From contig MU054001.1 of the NCBI GenBank assembly GCA_013239625.1, forward strand, positions 124,001-188,000: a stretch of 64,000 bases of DNA, given 5' to 3'. The stretch is from Lama guanicoe. Lineage: Eukaryota. The notes beneath the pieces were generated by a model that was given only the letters and a program-made list of their open reading frames with translations, made no database searches and was not told the DNA's origin. Position 1 is the first letter of the stretch. Each line of letters starts with the position of its first letter. A program made the position numbers and the translations under genes. Positions 1 through 14,493 of the stretch are shown piece by piece.

Positions 1-3000
1 TGACAAAAACACACAGTTCTAATCTCCTCCTCTGACAAGTTCTTCATTCAGTTTCCCCTCATTTACTTCTCCCCAACCTGGTCCTGCAGAGACTGTGAGT
101 ACCTGATGGTCACTCTCAGGACCTATTCATCCCTTTCTATCCACTTCCTCCTGGCAACATCCATCTACGCTGGACATCGGGTGTCAGACACTTCCATGTG
201 GCCTGTCACCTAGAATCTGTCACTTCTGCCACATCCATGGTGCTAACCACAAACTCGGTCACCTCTTCTAATCCTGCCTTCCCACTCCTGTTAGACAGTG
301 ATGCTAACCAAGGGATGCTAAACAAAAGTACCAAACTTTATTGGCTGAGGCTACTACAAATTCATGCTCGGGTCCTCAGAGCTGCTTGAAAAATTATTTC
401 CCAAGGTGACCATGCTGTCTGTCTCCCAATATAAAAATACTTTTTTGTTTGTTTTGCCAAAGATCTTCCTTCATCTTTCTAATCTGTGCAGATGTGCCAA
501 AAGATGTGATCCTAACACTGAGTCTATTTCTTTAATGTCAAGGTGATGGGCGAGGATCAAGTGCCTTAAACAGAACCTCACAGTTGCTTGGCAGCCCTCT
601 TACACCCCCTTCTGACCTGGTGCCATCATATCTTCCTGTTTCACACATGGTCCATGCTTCTCAAGTTGTAATTCCACATTCATCTCAATGATACTAATGC
701 TAGCAGTCATAGGAAGCTCACTATAAGCTTTGCAAAGGAATTTTCCTAAAGCCAAAAAAAGTCCCTATGTCTATAGATAAGTCATTTTTATGTATCTTTA
801 CTTTAACAAGTTGCTTTAAAGTCAATACACTTTGAATGTAAACTAAGATATAGCCCATGAAGGAAACTGATGGTACAGTCTCTGCGAACTCTGTGTTTCC
901 GTTCAGAAACTAGCTGCTGTCTGCATAGTGCTATATAGTCTGACTTTGCTTATGGTCTCTCTCAGGAGATAAACTGGCAGGGTCTTAATTTATGCCATAT
1001 CTGGGGATGTTCCCTACTAGCTATCTTATTCCCTATGCCCCTAAGCCATCTGCTTGTTAAGTCATACTTGTGAAGTAGCTGGCCGATAAAAGCGACCATT
1101 AAAAGATGCTTTAAGTACCCCCACTATGCCACATTATGATTCAAAGAATAACTTTCAGTGGAACCATTCTGTAGACACACACGGCATCACCATTCAAGGA
1201 GGCCAGAAGACCAATTATATGGGATGTGAGGTCTGGAACTTACTATATTTTTAAGATCCAAGAGTCAAGGAAATAATAACCTTTTCAAAACTAAGTCTGT
1301 GTTGGGGAAGCGGGCAGGGTGTGGGTACAGGAGGTAAGGAAACAGTCCTAAATATTATATTCTCTAGACTTTGAATAATCGATGATTTTGGTAATTAAAG
1401 AGTCTGATAATCATCATTAATGAAAGGCCACTTGTGAAACTGATGGATACAGCCTTCAACATACTGAGATGTCCCATGACTCACAAGAGCAAGGGTGTCT
1501 GAAAGGACATTTTCATAACAATCCAGTCACAGGTCACCATAAAGCTAAGACCCTATGCTTGAGTAATACCTCTTGAATTAGGTTTCCTTAATTAATATTC
1601 AAGGAGGTCTAAAAATATGTTAAAAATAATACCTAGGATTTCTATCAGTGTTGAAGAAAAAGGAAGGAGAGGATTGGTGTTTCTGAACAACCAAGCCAAC
1701 TGAAATTGTAGCAACTAAGTGCACTGAGACTTCTAACTGAGCTGCGTGCGGGGCAGCTCAAGGTGGGCTGGGCTTCCTTTGACGTGGTGAAGAGCGGGCC
1801 TCAGAGTCAGCGCCCAGCTCTCCAGTGCCCTGAGTGTCCGGCAGGCTGCTGGGAGACATTTCCCAGTTACATCCAAACAGTGGGGAATTAAACTATTCAA
1901 AAATCATGAAGTAGTTAGAGGAGTCCCCTCATAAATCTAAAATAAAATTCTAATTAAAATAAGAACATCCAATTGGAAGTCCACACATTCCCATCTTCCT
2001 GCCCTGCACTGCAATTCTTATTCATCAAATCCCTACCTATTCAACTATTTTAAACTGGTTGAAAGCCATTTTGTTCCACCAAAGGATATATTGTTTCCTT
2101 GGCAGAAAATGTTATCCAAACTGGTCTAAGAACTGGTCGGAGAATGCAAATACTGTAATTGAAAAGAAAGAAATCCATGACATGGAAAGGAAGTGTGGTA
2201 ACAGTGGTCAGGGCAAAAATATGAAGAATTTGCATACCTCTGTTGTAACCCCGTTTGACCACTGACACGTGTGCTAGACAAAAAAATGCACAGTGCTATG
2301 TGCATTTCCACATCTATTACTAGATCTTAGCTAAAGAGGGGTAAATTTAGAGGAAGGAACATATAATAAATATATATATTTATTCTGAATTTGTGGAGAA
2401 GACAGTATGGCTGTTTCAAGTGTGGGTTTTCTGGGGACTTTTTAGAGAAAGAAAACAGGGCTAACTAGCTAAGCAGCTATTTAAGAAGGAAGAGCAGTGC
2501 TCAGTCAGAGTACTTAAACATAATAAGATATTTCTTTCAAACAGGGTTTCCCCAAGTGTATTCTATGGAACACTGGGCATAGGAGGTATCCAGAGGAAAA
2601 AAGAGTTTGGTGGTCAAACATTTCAGAGGTATTGAGAAGTCCTGAGAAAAGAAATCTGATTTATTTTGTTTACCCTGGTACTTCCTAAACTTACTAGGAT
2701 ACAGATTCTTTTTTTTTTTCCCTTTAGAAGTATCTAAGTATATCCCAAGATTGAGAGTTTTCTGGTCACACTGAGAGATACTGACTGGTTTGAAAAGTGG
2801 GGAGGTGTGGCATGTAGTGAATAAACAGGTATTTTCAAGGCAGGCGGACAAGCTGCGAGTCTCGAAAAATTTCACTGAAGTTAAACTACTTTAAATATAA
2901 CCTGTCTTCCTATGTCACTTGGTATTGATGACAACGTCTAAATGGCTGAACAGCTAAGTTACCTAACAAAGTGAAGAAGGATTATTGTGATGTAAATTAG

Positions 3001-3866
3001 AGTCCTGTCACTTGGAGCCCTGGCCCCCACTCAGGACTCTGAGTTACGTATGTGAACTTGAGGTTTTCATTATGAAACCTATAGATGCAATTGGAAAATC
3101 CAGGCAAGAGTCTGGAGAATTCATATTCTGACCTCCTCTCTTCAGAGGCTACCTGAGGGTTTTCCTAAAACCAACAATATTCTGAATTCAGGGGTCCGTT
3201 CCACCGTCATCCCTAGAAACTCAGCACAGTTCTTGGAATCAACCTTCAGAGTCTCAGAAATCTGGTTAGAATTTTCAGAACACTCTAATTCCTCCTCCAC
3301 TCCCCACCTGCCACTGTAACTCAAACTGAAAAACTGTCCTATGAATGATGATACAAGCCACCTTCACGGCTCTTATCATACGATTTCCTTAGGCTTTCTG
3401 TGCGCAGATTGATTCTGAAAGTGATGGTTTCTGAATCTGTGTCTCTCCCACAACCCCAAAGCAGCACCTCTCCGCTTTCATAGAACATCCTTCTCCAAGA
3501 AGTTGTGTGGCTCCACCAGCTACTGAAGCCCCTCTGGTCAGGGTGTGAAGGTGTATCATGCAACCAGGCAGAGATCAGCACTCAACGGAACAAAAACATA
3601 GGAACAGGTGATGCACATCAGGCCAGCCAGCGTGGTGACATGCTGCAAGTCCCCAGAAGTTAGGAAATTGTATCTCTTAATGCAATTCTAGGGGCTAACT
3701 CTAACAGCGTGGGTTTAGATACATAATTTGCCAAAGACCAGGGCTTACTTTCAAGTTGGAGGACTTAACTTCCAATCTTTCCACATCTGGTCTCTCTAGA
3801 TTGAAAACTCACAAGGAAAGGAAAGGCCAGATCTCAGGTTCTCAGGCTACATTTTGAACAACTTAC

Positions 3867-3921
3867 CTCAACTTCCACCTTTGTGAAGGGCTGGCAGAAA
3901 GTGAGTACACAAAGCTGAATG
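3867..3921 (-). CDS. LPCAT2: LPCAT2 exon 8
   Basis: IQLCVLTFCQPFTKVEVE; CAG acceptor after pyrimidine tract, GAG|GTAAGT donor. Confidence 0.94.
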
Positions 3922-5248
3922 CTGGAAAGAGAGAAGGACATCTTTACCGGGTAATGCAAGGACCACCTAACATGACTCAGTAACCCTTGCTTTACATACA
4001 AGCACCCCCACATCACGCTTCGTATGTGTTTTGTATTTGTAAATACCACACTACAGCTCTAACACTACTTGGGCTTAGAGACCTATTCTTGACACTCGAA
4101 AATTGAATTGCTGAATGCAATACCAAATATGTATTTTGAGTCACAGCCACAGCTCAACAGACCACACCTCAAATTTGAAGTCTCCTTGACAACTCAGATT
4201 CATCTCCCTAGAGGAACTACCCAAGGCCACGTTTTAAGGTACATTAATGTGTTCATAGAAAAACTCCAGAGAAGAACATCACATTACTAAATTCTTTTCT
4301 AATATTACCAAAAATAAAGTGGGTCTTTCCTTAAAAGCTGAAACTTTATCATCATTATCTCAGTTACCAACATGTTTCCCATAGCTAATTTTCTGAAAAT
4401 TTTCAGAAAAGTTTCAAATTTCATTTTTAAGCTAGACAAAGGCTTTCCTTCAAGTGGTTATAACCACCCCTGTCAAAGATAAGTTTTGAAACTGTTCCTA
4501 CTTGCAGCATTCCAGGGTTAAAATTTCTACAGAATTTTTATTTAGCCTCATGTAGATGTATCTGATGAGCGAGAAATCAGGCAGAGGAGATTGGACTATA
4601 TGTTTAAGAAAACGATCAACCAAAATTTTTTGCTATTAAGAAACTAAAATATGATTTATCTGTAAAACTTGCTTGAAGGAACTTAAGGAATTTAGGAGTT
4701 TGAACAAGGAGTTTACTTAAAAGAAGGAATTTAGGAAAACAGGTTTACCAATTCCATAATTAATTATAAAGTGTTCTTGTAAGTGTTGGTTCTCAAACCT
4801 TCTGTCTGAAAGGGAAAAAATCTTGTACTAACAACTCCAAGCCACAAAGTCAATCCATAGTGCCTGTCATTAAGTAAACTGTTCTTTAATTATTTAACTT
4901 GAGTGTTGGCATTCAATGATTTGAACAGATATTCAGTTCTCAAAATTCTGAATGCTGTAAAAAAAAAATGAAACCACACATAAGATCTCCTTAAACATGA
5001 CTTCCTCACACTACAGACAAATCAAACACCACTTAATAGACTGACACAAAACAGCTCTTCCATAGAGTCCCCTTCTGGACATTTATTCCGAGCCCTCTCT
5101 TCCCTAGGATCTCTGCTTTGTGTAAAATCCCTTTCTTAGACTCTGAGTTCAGAGTAGTACTTGGAAACAAGGAGAAATGAGAAAGTTGATTGAGTAACAG
5201 ACGCAGTGCCAAGTAGAATGTGAAGTAGGTCAGAAGATAAAAGTTGAA

Positions 5249-5474
5249 CTCCTAAGAGTTTGAGATTTGCAGATTACTAACTACTACATATAAAATAGAT
5301 CAACAAGTTTATACTCAGGGAATTACATTCAATATCTTGTAGTAACCTATAATGAAAAAGAATATGGAAATAAATATATGTATGTATATGTATGACTGAA
5401 GAACTATGCTAGACAGCAGAAATTGACACAACATTATAAACTGACTATACTTCAATAAAAAAATAAATGAAAAA
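5249..5474 (+). mobile_element. 5'-truncated L1 3' end (cetartiodactyl type)
   Basis: Characteristic ...AAACTGACTATACTTCAATAAAA tail; degenerate TSD starting AGAAGATAAA on both sides. Confidence 0.75.
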
Positions 5475-6338
5475 GAAGATAAAGGTGGAAATGGGAGGTC
5501 ACCACAGGTAAGTGAGAAGTGGCACTTGGAAAAAACAAGGTTGTATCTTTAGATTTTCTCTTTGTTTATAAGAAATCTTTTACTCTGAATATGTTTTTTT
5601 TTTCCCTCTCTTTCTCTGCTGAATTCAGTCCATTTTTCCCCCTCTATCATACACGTTTCAGGGTAGAAGGCCAGATGAACTAAACCACTCTAATTTACCC
5701 TTGGTCTCCCTTCCAGAAAAGGCTCCCATTTGACCTTTACATCCAGCTGGACTGCTGCAAAGCCCCAAAAAAGTCACAGTGAACCCCAAATCACTATCTC
5801 TATAAGGACTTAACTTGTAAAGGTCCCAAAGATGACACACCACAGGAGATAAAAATACATTATCCACTCAATTGTTGGGCACTTCTTTTTCTAAGATACT
5901 CTCATACTATTTGTTTCTCCTCATTTTCCCTTGTACAAACGCTGAAAACCAGGAATTCGAAATGAGCGGCAGCAGGAAACATGTATTCTAGCCAACGGAA
6001 TACACTGATTTCCTGGAGAGCTGAAGGTAACGTCATGTCTAGATATCCTTTACAATTTGTGCCCTTTATTCTTGGTTTTATTTACTTAACTTCGCCTACC
6101 AAGGACTGAAGCATACCAGGAATGTAAATGTCTCACATGTGTCAATGTTTATTATACATGTTACATATGTGAACTTAAGGTTTTCATTATGAAACCCACA
6201 GATGCAATCAGAAAATCCAGGCCCAACTATTCTGATTTAAATGCATTATTTCAAAGCAATTTACACACACCAAAAAAAAAAAAAAATGGAGAAACTAAGT
6301 ATGTGGTAGTAAAAAGAAAAATCTAATTTTCAGAAGTA

Positions 6339-6437
6339 GGGGAGGGAATAGCTCAAATGGTGGAGTTCATGCTTAGCACGCATGCAGTCTTGGGTTCAAT
6401 CCCCAGTATCTCCATTAAAAAAAAAAAAAACAACTAA

Positions 6438-6480
<43 letters not shown>

Positions 6481-6514
6481 ACGTAATGACCTCCCCCCAC
6501 CCCCCCAAAAAAAA
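6339..6514 (+). mobile_element. tRNA-derived SINE (camelid Vic-1-like) with (TAAA)n tail
   Basis: GGGGAGGGAATAGCTCAAATGG A-box, GGTTCAATCCC B-box, A-rich tail. Confidence 0.85.
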
Positions 6515-7470
6515 GTTGTTTGCATTGTCTACAATGCACTTGAAGGCAAACAATGATTTCTTTTCAATGTTTCCAAGTGGTTGTCATGTATCCATCAACA
6601 ATGCTATTTGAGCTCTGTGTGTAACAGTATCAGAAGGCATTACTGCCTAAGCCCTGGGAAAGCTCTCAAATCCGAAATGTAAAAAAGCTATATATATTTT
6701 TTTGAAACTTTGGGGAAGGTTTATTATTATTTTTTGTCTCTTCTGTAGCCCAAAGCCAGCCAAGTTCCTCGAGGTCAGCACGGAGGGATGTCAGCGCTCT
6801 CTGCGCAGGTAATGGACTAAAGGAGGCAGCTAAACAGGCTCAGTATCATCCAGGGGAACTACACCAGAGAACTTCTTGAGAGAATGTCAGATTCTATATG
6901 TTCTGTTCTTTTTAAAGGTCTATTTCACTTCAGCTTGCTTAATATTGAAATTCCTCTCCTCGCTTAAATATTTATAGAAATTGCTGATCCCTAGGCTTTC
7001 AAAATCCAAGAATAGAACTGAAAGCATGGTGAGCTATTTCCTCAACTCAAATCAGACACATCACAGTTACTTCAGGCAGTATGACTAAATTGTTCTAGAC
7101 TGCTTAAACCAATATAGTAAAATAATGATGGAGACACTAGATGATGCTAAATCTTCAATGGAAAAGAAACTATAAAATTTAAACTAAGTGGAATTCAAAT
7201 GAGGTCACTGGAATGTTCCTTAAGAATTGGTAGATAAACACTTGAGACCCACTAGTACGTGACAGACGACTAGAATCCTGCACACGGGAGACACTGGGGG
7301 TTAATGGGCATGACAGTTACGCTCTACAGAGAGTTACCCATTACAAAATTTAAGGATCTGATTAGAAATCTTCACTTCTGCAAAAACAAGGCTTAAAAAA
7401 AAAGGAATAAATTTTTTCTTTTTCTTCATTCGAATAAAATTTATATAAACTAACAATATAAGCGACTTAC

Positions 7471-7505
7471 AATGTATATCCTTGCCAAGTCCAAGTCACA
7501 GTATC
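7471..7505 (-). CDS. LPCAT2: LPCAT2 exon 7 (35 nt)
   Basis: DTVTWTWQGYT(F); TAG acceptor, GTAAGT donor. Confidence 0.93.
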
Positions 7506-8766
7506 CTATAATAACAATAGAATTCAAACTGTTAGTACAGAAAAAATATCACATAAAATAAAAATCTTATTTTGATACTGGTATTCATATTTCTTTCTAA
7601 ATTAAAAGCAATATGTTGAAAAGTAAAACAAGCATATTATTATTGTTAAACGACAGTGAACTGATCCATAGATTCTTAGATTATAAGTCTACATGGCAAA
7701 GATCTGTCTTCCATAGGTAACCACCTATCTTTTTATAGAATTAAGTTGCTCTGAATTTTTAAAAAATGATTGTGCATGCCTAACTATTTTTCTCCTAACA
7801 TGAACAAATCTGGATAATTAATTGGCTTACAAAAACCAGACTACACCAGTTCTCAAAAAAAAAAAAGGTTATTTGGGAGAAAAGACTATAGTAGTGAAGT
7901 AGTGCATAGTGAGAACTTGAATACATTTGAATACACCCATAGGCAGAAGTACAATGAGTACAAATTTGATAAATTTTAATTTTTTAACTATAGGTGTCCA
8001 AGGTTGAGAAATCAGCCACTGATAGAAAATTGAACTGATCAAGAACTCTTAATCTTAAACAACATACATTGTTACTAATTACACCCTGCCTTTTAATGTA
8101 AACTCTCTAGCAAAGAAATCCCTCAGAAACAACACGTCCCTCCCCCTACCAGAAAAACACTTTCTTTAGGAAAATGGTGACACGAGCAATATCCAGAAGA
8201 TGACAATGTACTTTGCTGGAGCGAAAGAGACTCCATGGACTGTCTGCAGGATATCAGGTCCTTTTCAGATATTTTCTTATTTCTGCTACTTGCCAAGCAT
8301 CACACAGCTACTAAGTACTGAGCCAGTAATTAAACACCAAGCCTCTTCCAAATTTACCCTGCTCCTTCACTCCTTCCCCACTATGACCACTCCATCAGGA
8401 GGCGTTTCCTTCTAGGCTGAACGAAAATCACAAATCTATGAGAGTTTTCTCATGTCCACTCTAAGAGACCCTGAATCTGAGACTCAGTTGTGCCATCACA
8501 GTGACAACAGAGGAGAAGCTAGGGAAATATATTCCTGCAGCTTAGTAACAGCAAAAGCAATGTGTGAAGCTGGTATCAACCAACGTGTGCCCATCTTGCA
8601 AACTTTTAAAAAACTAAATGTTGCATGGAGAATGAGTCTTCCCATCTGCTTCCACCATTTATCTATTCATCTATTTTATTTAGTAAAACAAAAAGGGTCC
8701 TAGAGAATGTGTGCTGTTTGGACTGTTTATTATGGGATTCTTCCCATAGGAAAAAATGATGCTCAC

Positions 8767-8825
8767 CAGCTTGTTTGGGTATCTGAGCAGAACTGGCTGC
8801 ACTGGAACTCCTGGAATGAAGGCTC
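8767..8825 (-). CDS. LPCAT2: LPCAT2 exon 6
   Basis: GAFIPGVPVQPVLLRYPNKL; TAG acceptor, GTGAGC donor. Confidence 0.95.
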
Positions 8826-9699
8826 CTAGAATCACACATTGAAATTTTATAACATGCCCTTTATATGAATATAAGTTATACAATAAATAAAAAAGGAATA
8901 ATAAATGATACACTAAATGTTTTAAGAGTTCACATAAACTATTTGATAAATGTTGGTAAATCCTTAGTGTTCACCAAAATGAGACACTTTTTAAATTCAG
9001 AATTATATAAGCAGAAGGTTAAATATTATGCTTAAGCCACTTAAAATATTATTTATATTTCCATTTGTTCTCATTTTCCATATACCTATTATTCAACATG
9101 GTTAGAAAAAAAAAAGGAATGACAAATCAATACAAAGAGAAAGTAAAGAGAAGAAAATCTAGGTGAAACCAAATGCTTGAACCATTAACTATCACACTTG
9201 CTAGAAGCGAGTCCTAACTGGTTCAGAGCATTCTAGCAGCCAATACAAAAACATTTTAAAGTATTATGAATTACCATGAAATGACATACAAAATTACAAA
9301 TTACTATAAAATCACAACTTCATAATATTTTAAAAAGAAGTGAAACTTAGGAGCATTGAAGGCGTTAAAACGATAATTGAAATAGGTTTTCTAACTTGAT
9401 GACACAGGACCCCAGGTGTCTGTGAGGGTATGCTCGTAGGAAAACAAAAATCTGCCAGTGGTTTTTGCTCAAACACACACACACACACAGACACACACAC
9501 ACAAGACACTTTAAGGAAGAAGGGGTTATCTTATCAAAAGAGAAAGTAACACAGTAAGTTCTGTGCATTCACAACATTGAAAACATTTAAGAAGAAATGC
9601 TCGGAGCAAACTAATGAGTTATTTTGTGTATTTATTATCAAGTCATTTGAGAAATCTTCCATACTACTTTGTCACAATACATAATTTAATTGATCTCAC

Positions 9700-9760
9700 C
9701 TGGTTTAAAAGTAATCAAACAGGACCGATTAGTACAAGTACCTTCTGGGAAAATTAGCAT
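9700..9760 (-). CDS. LPCAT2: LPCAT2 exon 5 (FPEGT motif)
   Basis: MLIFPEGTCTNRSCLITFKP; AG acceptor, GTGAGA donor. Confidence 0.95.
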
Positions 9761-11670
9761 CTTGGGAGAAAAGGAATAGATTTAATATTTCAGTCCAATT
9801 AATAGATTACCTCTTTACTTGCTTTCTTATATCTTCACAAATAGTTGCCAATTTTTATAAAGCAAAAATAAAATAAAAGACCAACACTTGATTCTAGTCA
9901 AAGCCAGAATCACATTATTTGGTTTTCCTCTAAAAGAAGCGTAGTCTGACCATTAAGGTAACTAGAAAATGAAATAAAGCTTTGAAGAGAGAATACATAT
10001 AGCAAATGTTTCTAATCACGATGCCAGTGATCCGAATAGGCTTAAAAGAAGATGTAGACCCTCAGTCATGGTCAGATTGTGCATTTTAGGCAATATTAAA
10101 TTCTTCTACTGCTACACATGCTTAACCAAAGCATTTCCTGTTGCTTTGTTTCTGTTTTCCCACTAAATGACATTCCTTCTTACAACATATAGTTTCAGGA
10201 CATATGGAGGAAATGCCTGCCATATGTTTTATGCTTACTTGAATTCATTAACATATGGAATACAATTTAGTAATTTTTTTTTTGAGGACACATTTTTAGC
10301 TTTTAACATACTTCTGTATGTTTTCCATGCAAAAGATATGCCGTATAGTTCCCAACTGAATAAAACAGCAGCTTGGTTTTCTGAAGCTTTTAGAATTTAG
10401 CAATGAGTAAATTGCTAAGTACATAAAACAGAACAAAACAAAACAAAAAATCCCTCCCACTCATTGCAGTTAGTAATGGGCATTTTATAATAATTAGAGA
10501 GGGAAAACATTATTAGGCTATGTTGCCACCATAAGTTATTTGCAAAATAAAAATTAGGAATAGGTGCAATTCCATCCTCCAATTAAAAAAAAAGGTTCCC
10601 TATCACAATTGGATACAAGATTAAATAAGATTCATTCAGTGGATACTCTACAGCTATACTACGAACAGTAAATTAATATAGAGTAAGTCGTAATCTCAAG
10701 AGCTGGAAAGGGCATGAAAAGTCATGTAGTTGCTCTATCGCTTGAATTCTTTCTACAATGTCCCCCCAGATGGTTGCTTAGCCAATGCCTGAAAATTTCA
10801 TAAAGAGATTACAAGTCAGACCACTCTTCTTCTGGAGAGAAAGTTCCTTGAGATGAGCAAAATGAACTTAAATCTACTTGTTTACTTTCATCTACCAGTC
10901 CTAGATCTATTCCTTGGGTCCAAAGAACAAAATCAAACCCTTATTCCAAATGCTATTTCTTCCCAGTCACTTTTTAAATCATTCCGCACATGCCCTGGTT
11001 TCTAAAACCTCCTGGGTGGTCATACTCATCTCTGTACTTTAACATCTACCCATCATCATGGGTGGCGAGTTCCCTGAAGGACCATGAGCAAAGTCCTGGG
11101 CAAAGTAGAGGGACGCTTATCAGCATCACTCATGAGGCTCTCTTTATGCAATCAGTGCTGCCCCTCTTCCACACCTTCAAACAGCATTCCAGGGGAAGGA
11201 GGTGGTAGGACGGGAAAATTTGAAAAAGTCTACAGGTGATTCTGATATGCTCTCTGAACTTATAAAGCACAATCTAGATACGCACAATCTAGATATACTT
11301 CCGAGAAAGATTAAAGATCTTCACCACTTTCAATAAACCCACCATACTGTGGAGGATAACTCAGCTCCAGTATCTCCTCTGTAAAACAGTAAATACATTC
11401 AGAGGTAGAGAAGTACTTTTTATGAGAAAGTAAAAACCATTTCAAAGAGTCTGGAGTATAAAAAAGAATGATACATTCAATTCCATAGAATATTTTATGG
11501 GGAAGAGGATTTCTTAATACTCATTTATTCTGCTTCTATTATGTTAAAGACATCTAGCAAAGACTGCTCCCTGTCCCATTGCTATCTGTGGATACAAATG
11601 AGCGTGTATACAAACGCACAACCAGTAAAACTCTCAATATACTTAAATAAATATCTTTTATCTGTTTTAC

Positions 11671-11783
11671 CTGGGGCCATTCCCCTCCTGATGTGGCCCT
11701 CCTTATTATTTCATTTATTGTGTTTTTTCGAGAATCTGGATCTACACGGGACACCAAAACTGGCTGCAAAGTCCGCAACAGAC
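11671..11783 (-). CDS. LPCAT2: LPCAT2 exon 4
   Basis: [41 protein letters not shown] boundaries, phase consistent. Confidence 0.95.
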
Positions 11784-13080
11784 CTTTAAAACAAATGAAA
11801 AGTCACAACCAAGTCATTTTTTTGGCTAAAGCCTACTACAGCAATGATACCAGATAAATTATAAAACAAATTTTATGGAAAGTTAAAATGACAGAAAATC
11901 AAAGAGAATAACTTTAAAAAAAACCTCTAATCCAAAGTTTATTAGAATTTAGCTTCCAGTTTCAAAATGACAGGTAGATATCTATACCTAAATATATTTC
12001 ATCGATTTAACAGAAATTAGCAGCAGGAATCTGAAAAGCAACAAACGCAATTTTCTCCTTAAAAGACTTCTTCTTCAACTGACTTTAAATGTTTGGAATA
12101 TACTGTAAGATTATCTTGCTTTATTTTGGGAATATCCTGCAAACTGATTACGTGAAGTCACAGGACATACGGGTAGGGGGCAATTATTAGTTATCTCACT
12201 AAAATTTTCAGTGCAATAATCTTCTAAGTAGTTAGCTTCCCAGCACATGCAACATAAACCTCAATTTACCAAAAATCTATTGCTAAACCACTTTTCAGGA
12301 AAGTGTCATATTACACAAAGTAAGGTGGTTACCCTAAAAAAAAAAAGAGAGAGTGAGTGAGTCTTTCTCAACTGAATGACAAAGCTCTAAGAACTACTAT
12401 TACTCTACCAAGGCAACATGAGGCAATTTTCACACCCACTTTCTCATCACTTGGTGCTTGGCAATAACCTTGGGACAACTAGGAGCTGTTACTTGGAGAC
12501 TAATCCTCTGGAGAGACAGCAAAGCATTTGGTGGACAAAAAACATTTCACTTGCTTCATTATCTTTTACAGCAGGAAGCATTTATTGTTCCGCATCATAA
12601 TTTTCAAAGAGTTACACTGGTCCCCCATGGAGGTTTGGGGGCAATAAGGAAGCAAACAGAATTAGGAGAAAAGACTTAGTGCATTTATCAGCCTAATACC
12701 CCGAAGAGAAATTCACTGAAATAGCATGTAACCAGTGCTTTCACAAGGTCTTCAATTAAATTCTCTCTCCCCACAAAATCTACCATGTTTGGTATTTAAA
12801 ACCTGTTCTTTCTGGTTTTATTTAAGAGCAGACAGAAGTGATGGTACAGTGACAGGGATAACATTTTAAAAGGATGATAAGGGTACAGATAAGGAAGCCT
12901 TTAATCTTTTTTCATACGTTCATTCTTTTGATAATAGTCCCTCATTAAAAGCAAGGAAGTATGTTTGAAGTGTTTTATTATTGTAAAGTTCTTAAAAAGT
13001 CTACACCAATAAACTATACATGATATTCTAAATGTAAGGCATGAACATATTTCATCTTTGTTATCTTACAAAGTACTTAC

Positions 13081-13298
13081 GGCCAATCAGCGGCACCTCC
13101 ATGTTCTCCTGTCGCGATACCATGGAAGGTAACCCAGCGACGACACAGGCAATTCCATCGAAGAAAGTTGAATGCGGGGCGACGACAAAAACCGGTGCTT
13201 CCTCAGGACTTGCGATCTTGCCTTTCACGGTAACTCTAAATCCCATTGAAAAGAACAGGGCACGACCTAGAAACGTCAAGGCTGGCTGAGTAATTTTC
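13081..13298 (-). CDS. LPCAT2: LPCAT2 exon 3 (catalytic HX4D motif)
   Basis: KITQPALTFLGRALFFSMGF...VVAPHSTFFDGIACVVAGLPSMVSRQENMEVPLIG; AG acceptor, GTAAGT donor. Confidence 0.96.
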
Positions 13299-14493
13299 CT
13301 TTGGAAATAAATAACAAAAAAAGACATAATTAGCTTTGCCAACTGTGGCTAATAGCAGGGTTTTACTCTAGAGCACAATGCAAAAACCAAAACAGGTCAG
13401 AATACTTCATTTTAAAATATGAGCTAAGAAGAACAGCTAACAGTTTAGTGGAGCTCTTTCCACCAGGCACTATTCTAAGTACTTTAAATATATTAATTTC
13501 TTTAATTCTTAGCCTAGCTTTATGAAACAGCTAGTATTTATTACTCTCCCCATTTTACAGACAAGAAAACTGAGGCCCAGAGAAGCAATTTTCCCAAGGA
13601 CACATGGCTAGTAAGTGGCTCAATTATTCTTGACTATAAAGAAATAAAAATGAATTTTCAACACGCATCCTCCACTGAGAACTCCAAATCAGTACTGCCC
13701 TTAAAGGAATCACCTTGGAAATCGATATTGGTGTAACAAAGATGCCATGATCTCCCAAAACACTTTTTGAGCCCTGAAATTGTCCTCAGAATTACTTCAG
13801 GAACAAAATTTTAAAAGTAAGCCTTGTTACCTATATCATTACAGCCCACAGACATCATCAAGAATCTTAAAAAGTAAATTCACCATCCCCCTTCCCTGGA
13901 ACAGAGACGCACTTAACTCCAGACATCTAACTGTTTACGCTTTAAAAAGAATCTGTCATTACAGAAGAGTTAATTCATCGAACTGTCCCAAGAACTGTGC
14001 TGGACACACAAGACACAGAAGATCTGGTCTCTGTCCATGATAAACTCAACCGAGCAGAGAAGCAAAAACATAATCCTAGAAATGGAAACACATGGTGGAC
14101 ATCTCCACCCATGAATAAGCATATAGCTTTTCATGAAAAATATGTGTGTTTTCTGTAAGACATCTCATGAGAGCTTTGAAAAATGGGCCTCCTACCTAAC
14201 TCTCTCAACATGCTTATAATAACATAGGGAAGAGCTATTAAGTAACTAGATCCTGAGGAAGTTTCTCTAACTTTTATTTCACAGTAAGGAGAAGTGAGAC
14301 ACAGAAAGACAAAGTACTTTTCCAGAGGGCACAGGGAAATGACTGGTCTCTCCTTGCCCTGTAGTTTAGAGCTGAGATCTCTATCTCTGTAAAGGTAAAA
14401 AGCTCATCCCTTCACAGAATTCCCATATCTCCTATTTTTGATCTATAGTGATGTAGTCTGTAACAATGACATTCCAAAATAGTTATTTCTTAC

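Noticed and set aside
1..3866. LPCAT2 exon 9 or the nested CAPNS2 retrogene
   Set aside because: No matching coding sequence seen; expected further downstream, outside the window
6339..6415. Possible tRNA genes (also 18803, 48510)
   Set aside because: A/B boxes are followed by A-rich tails and, at 48414, a TSD; these are SINEs
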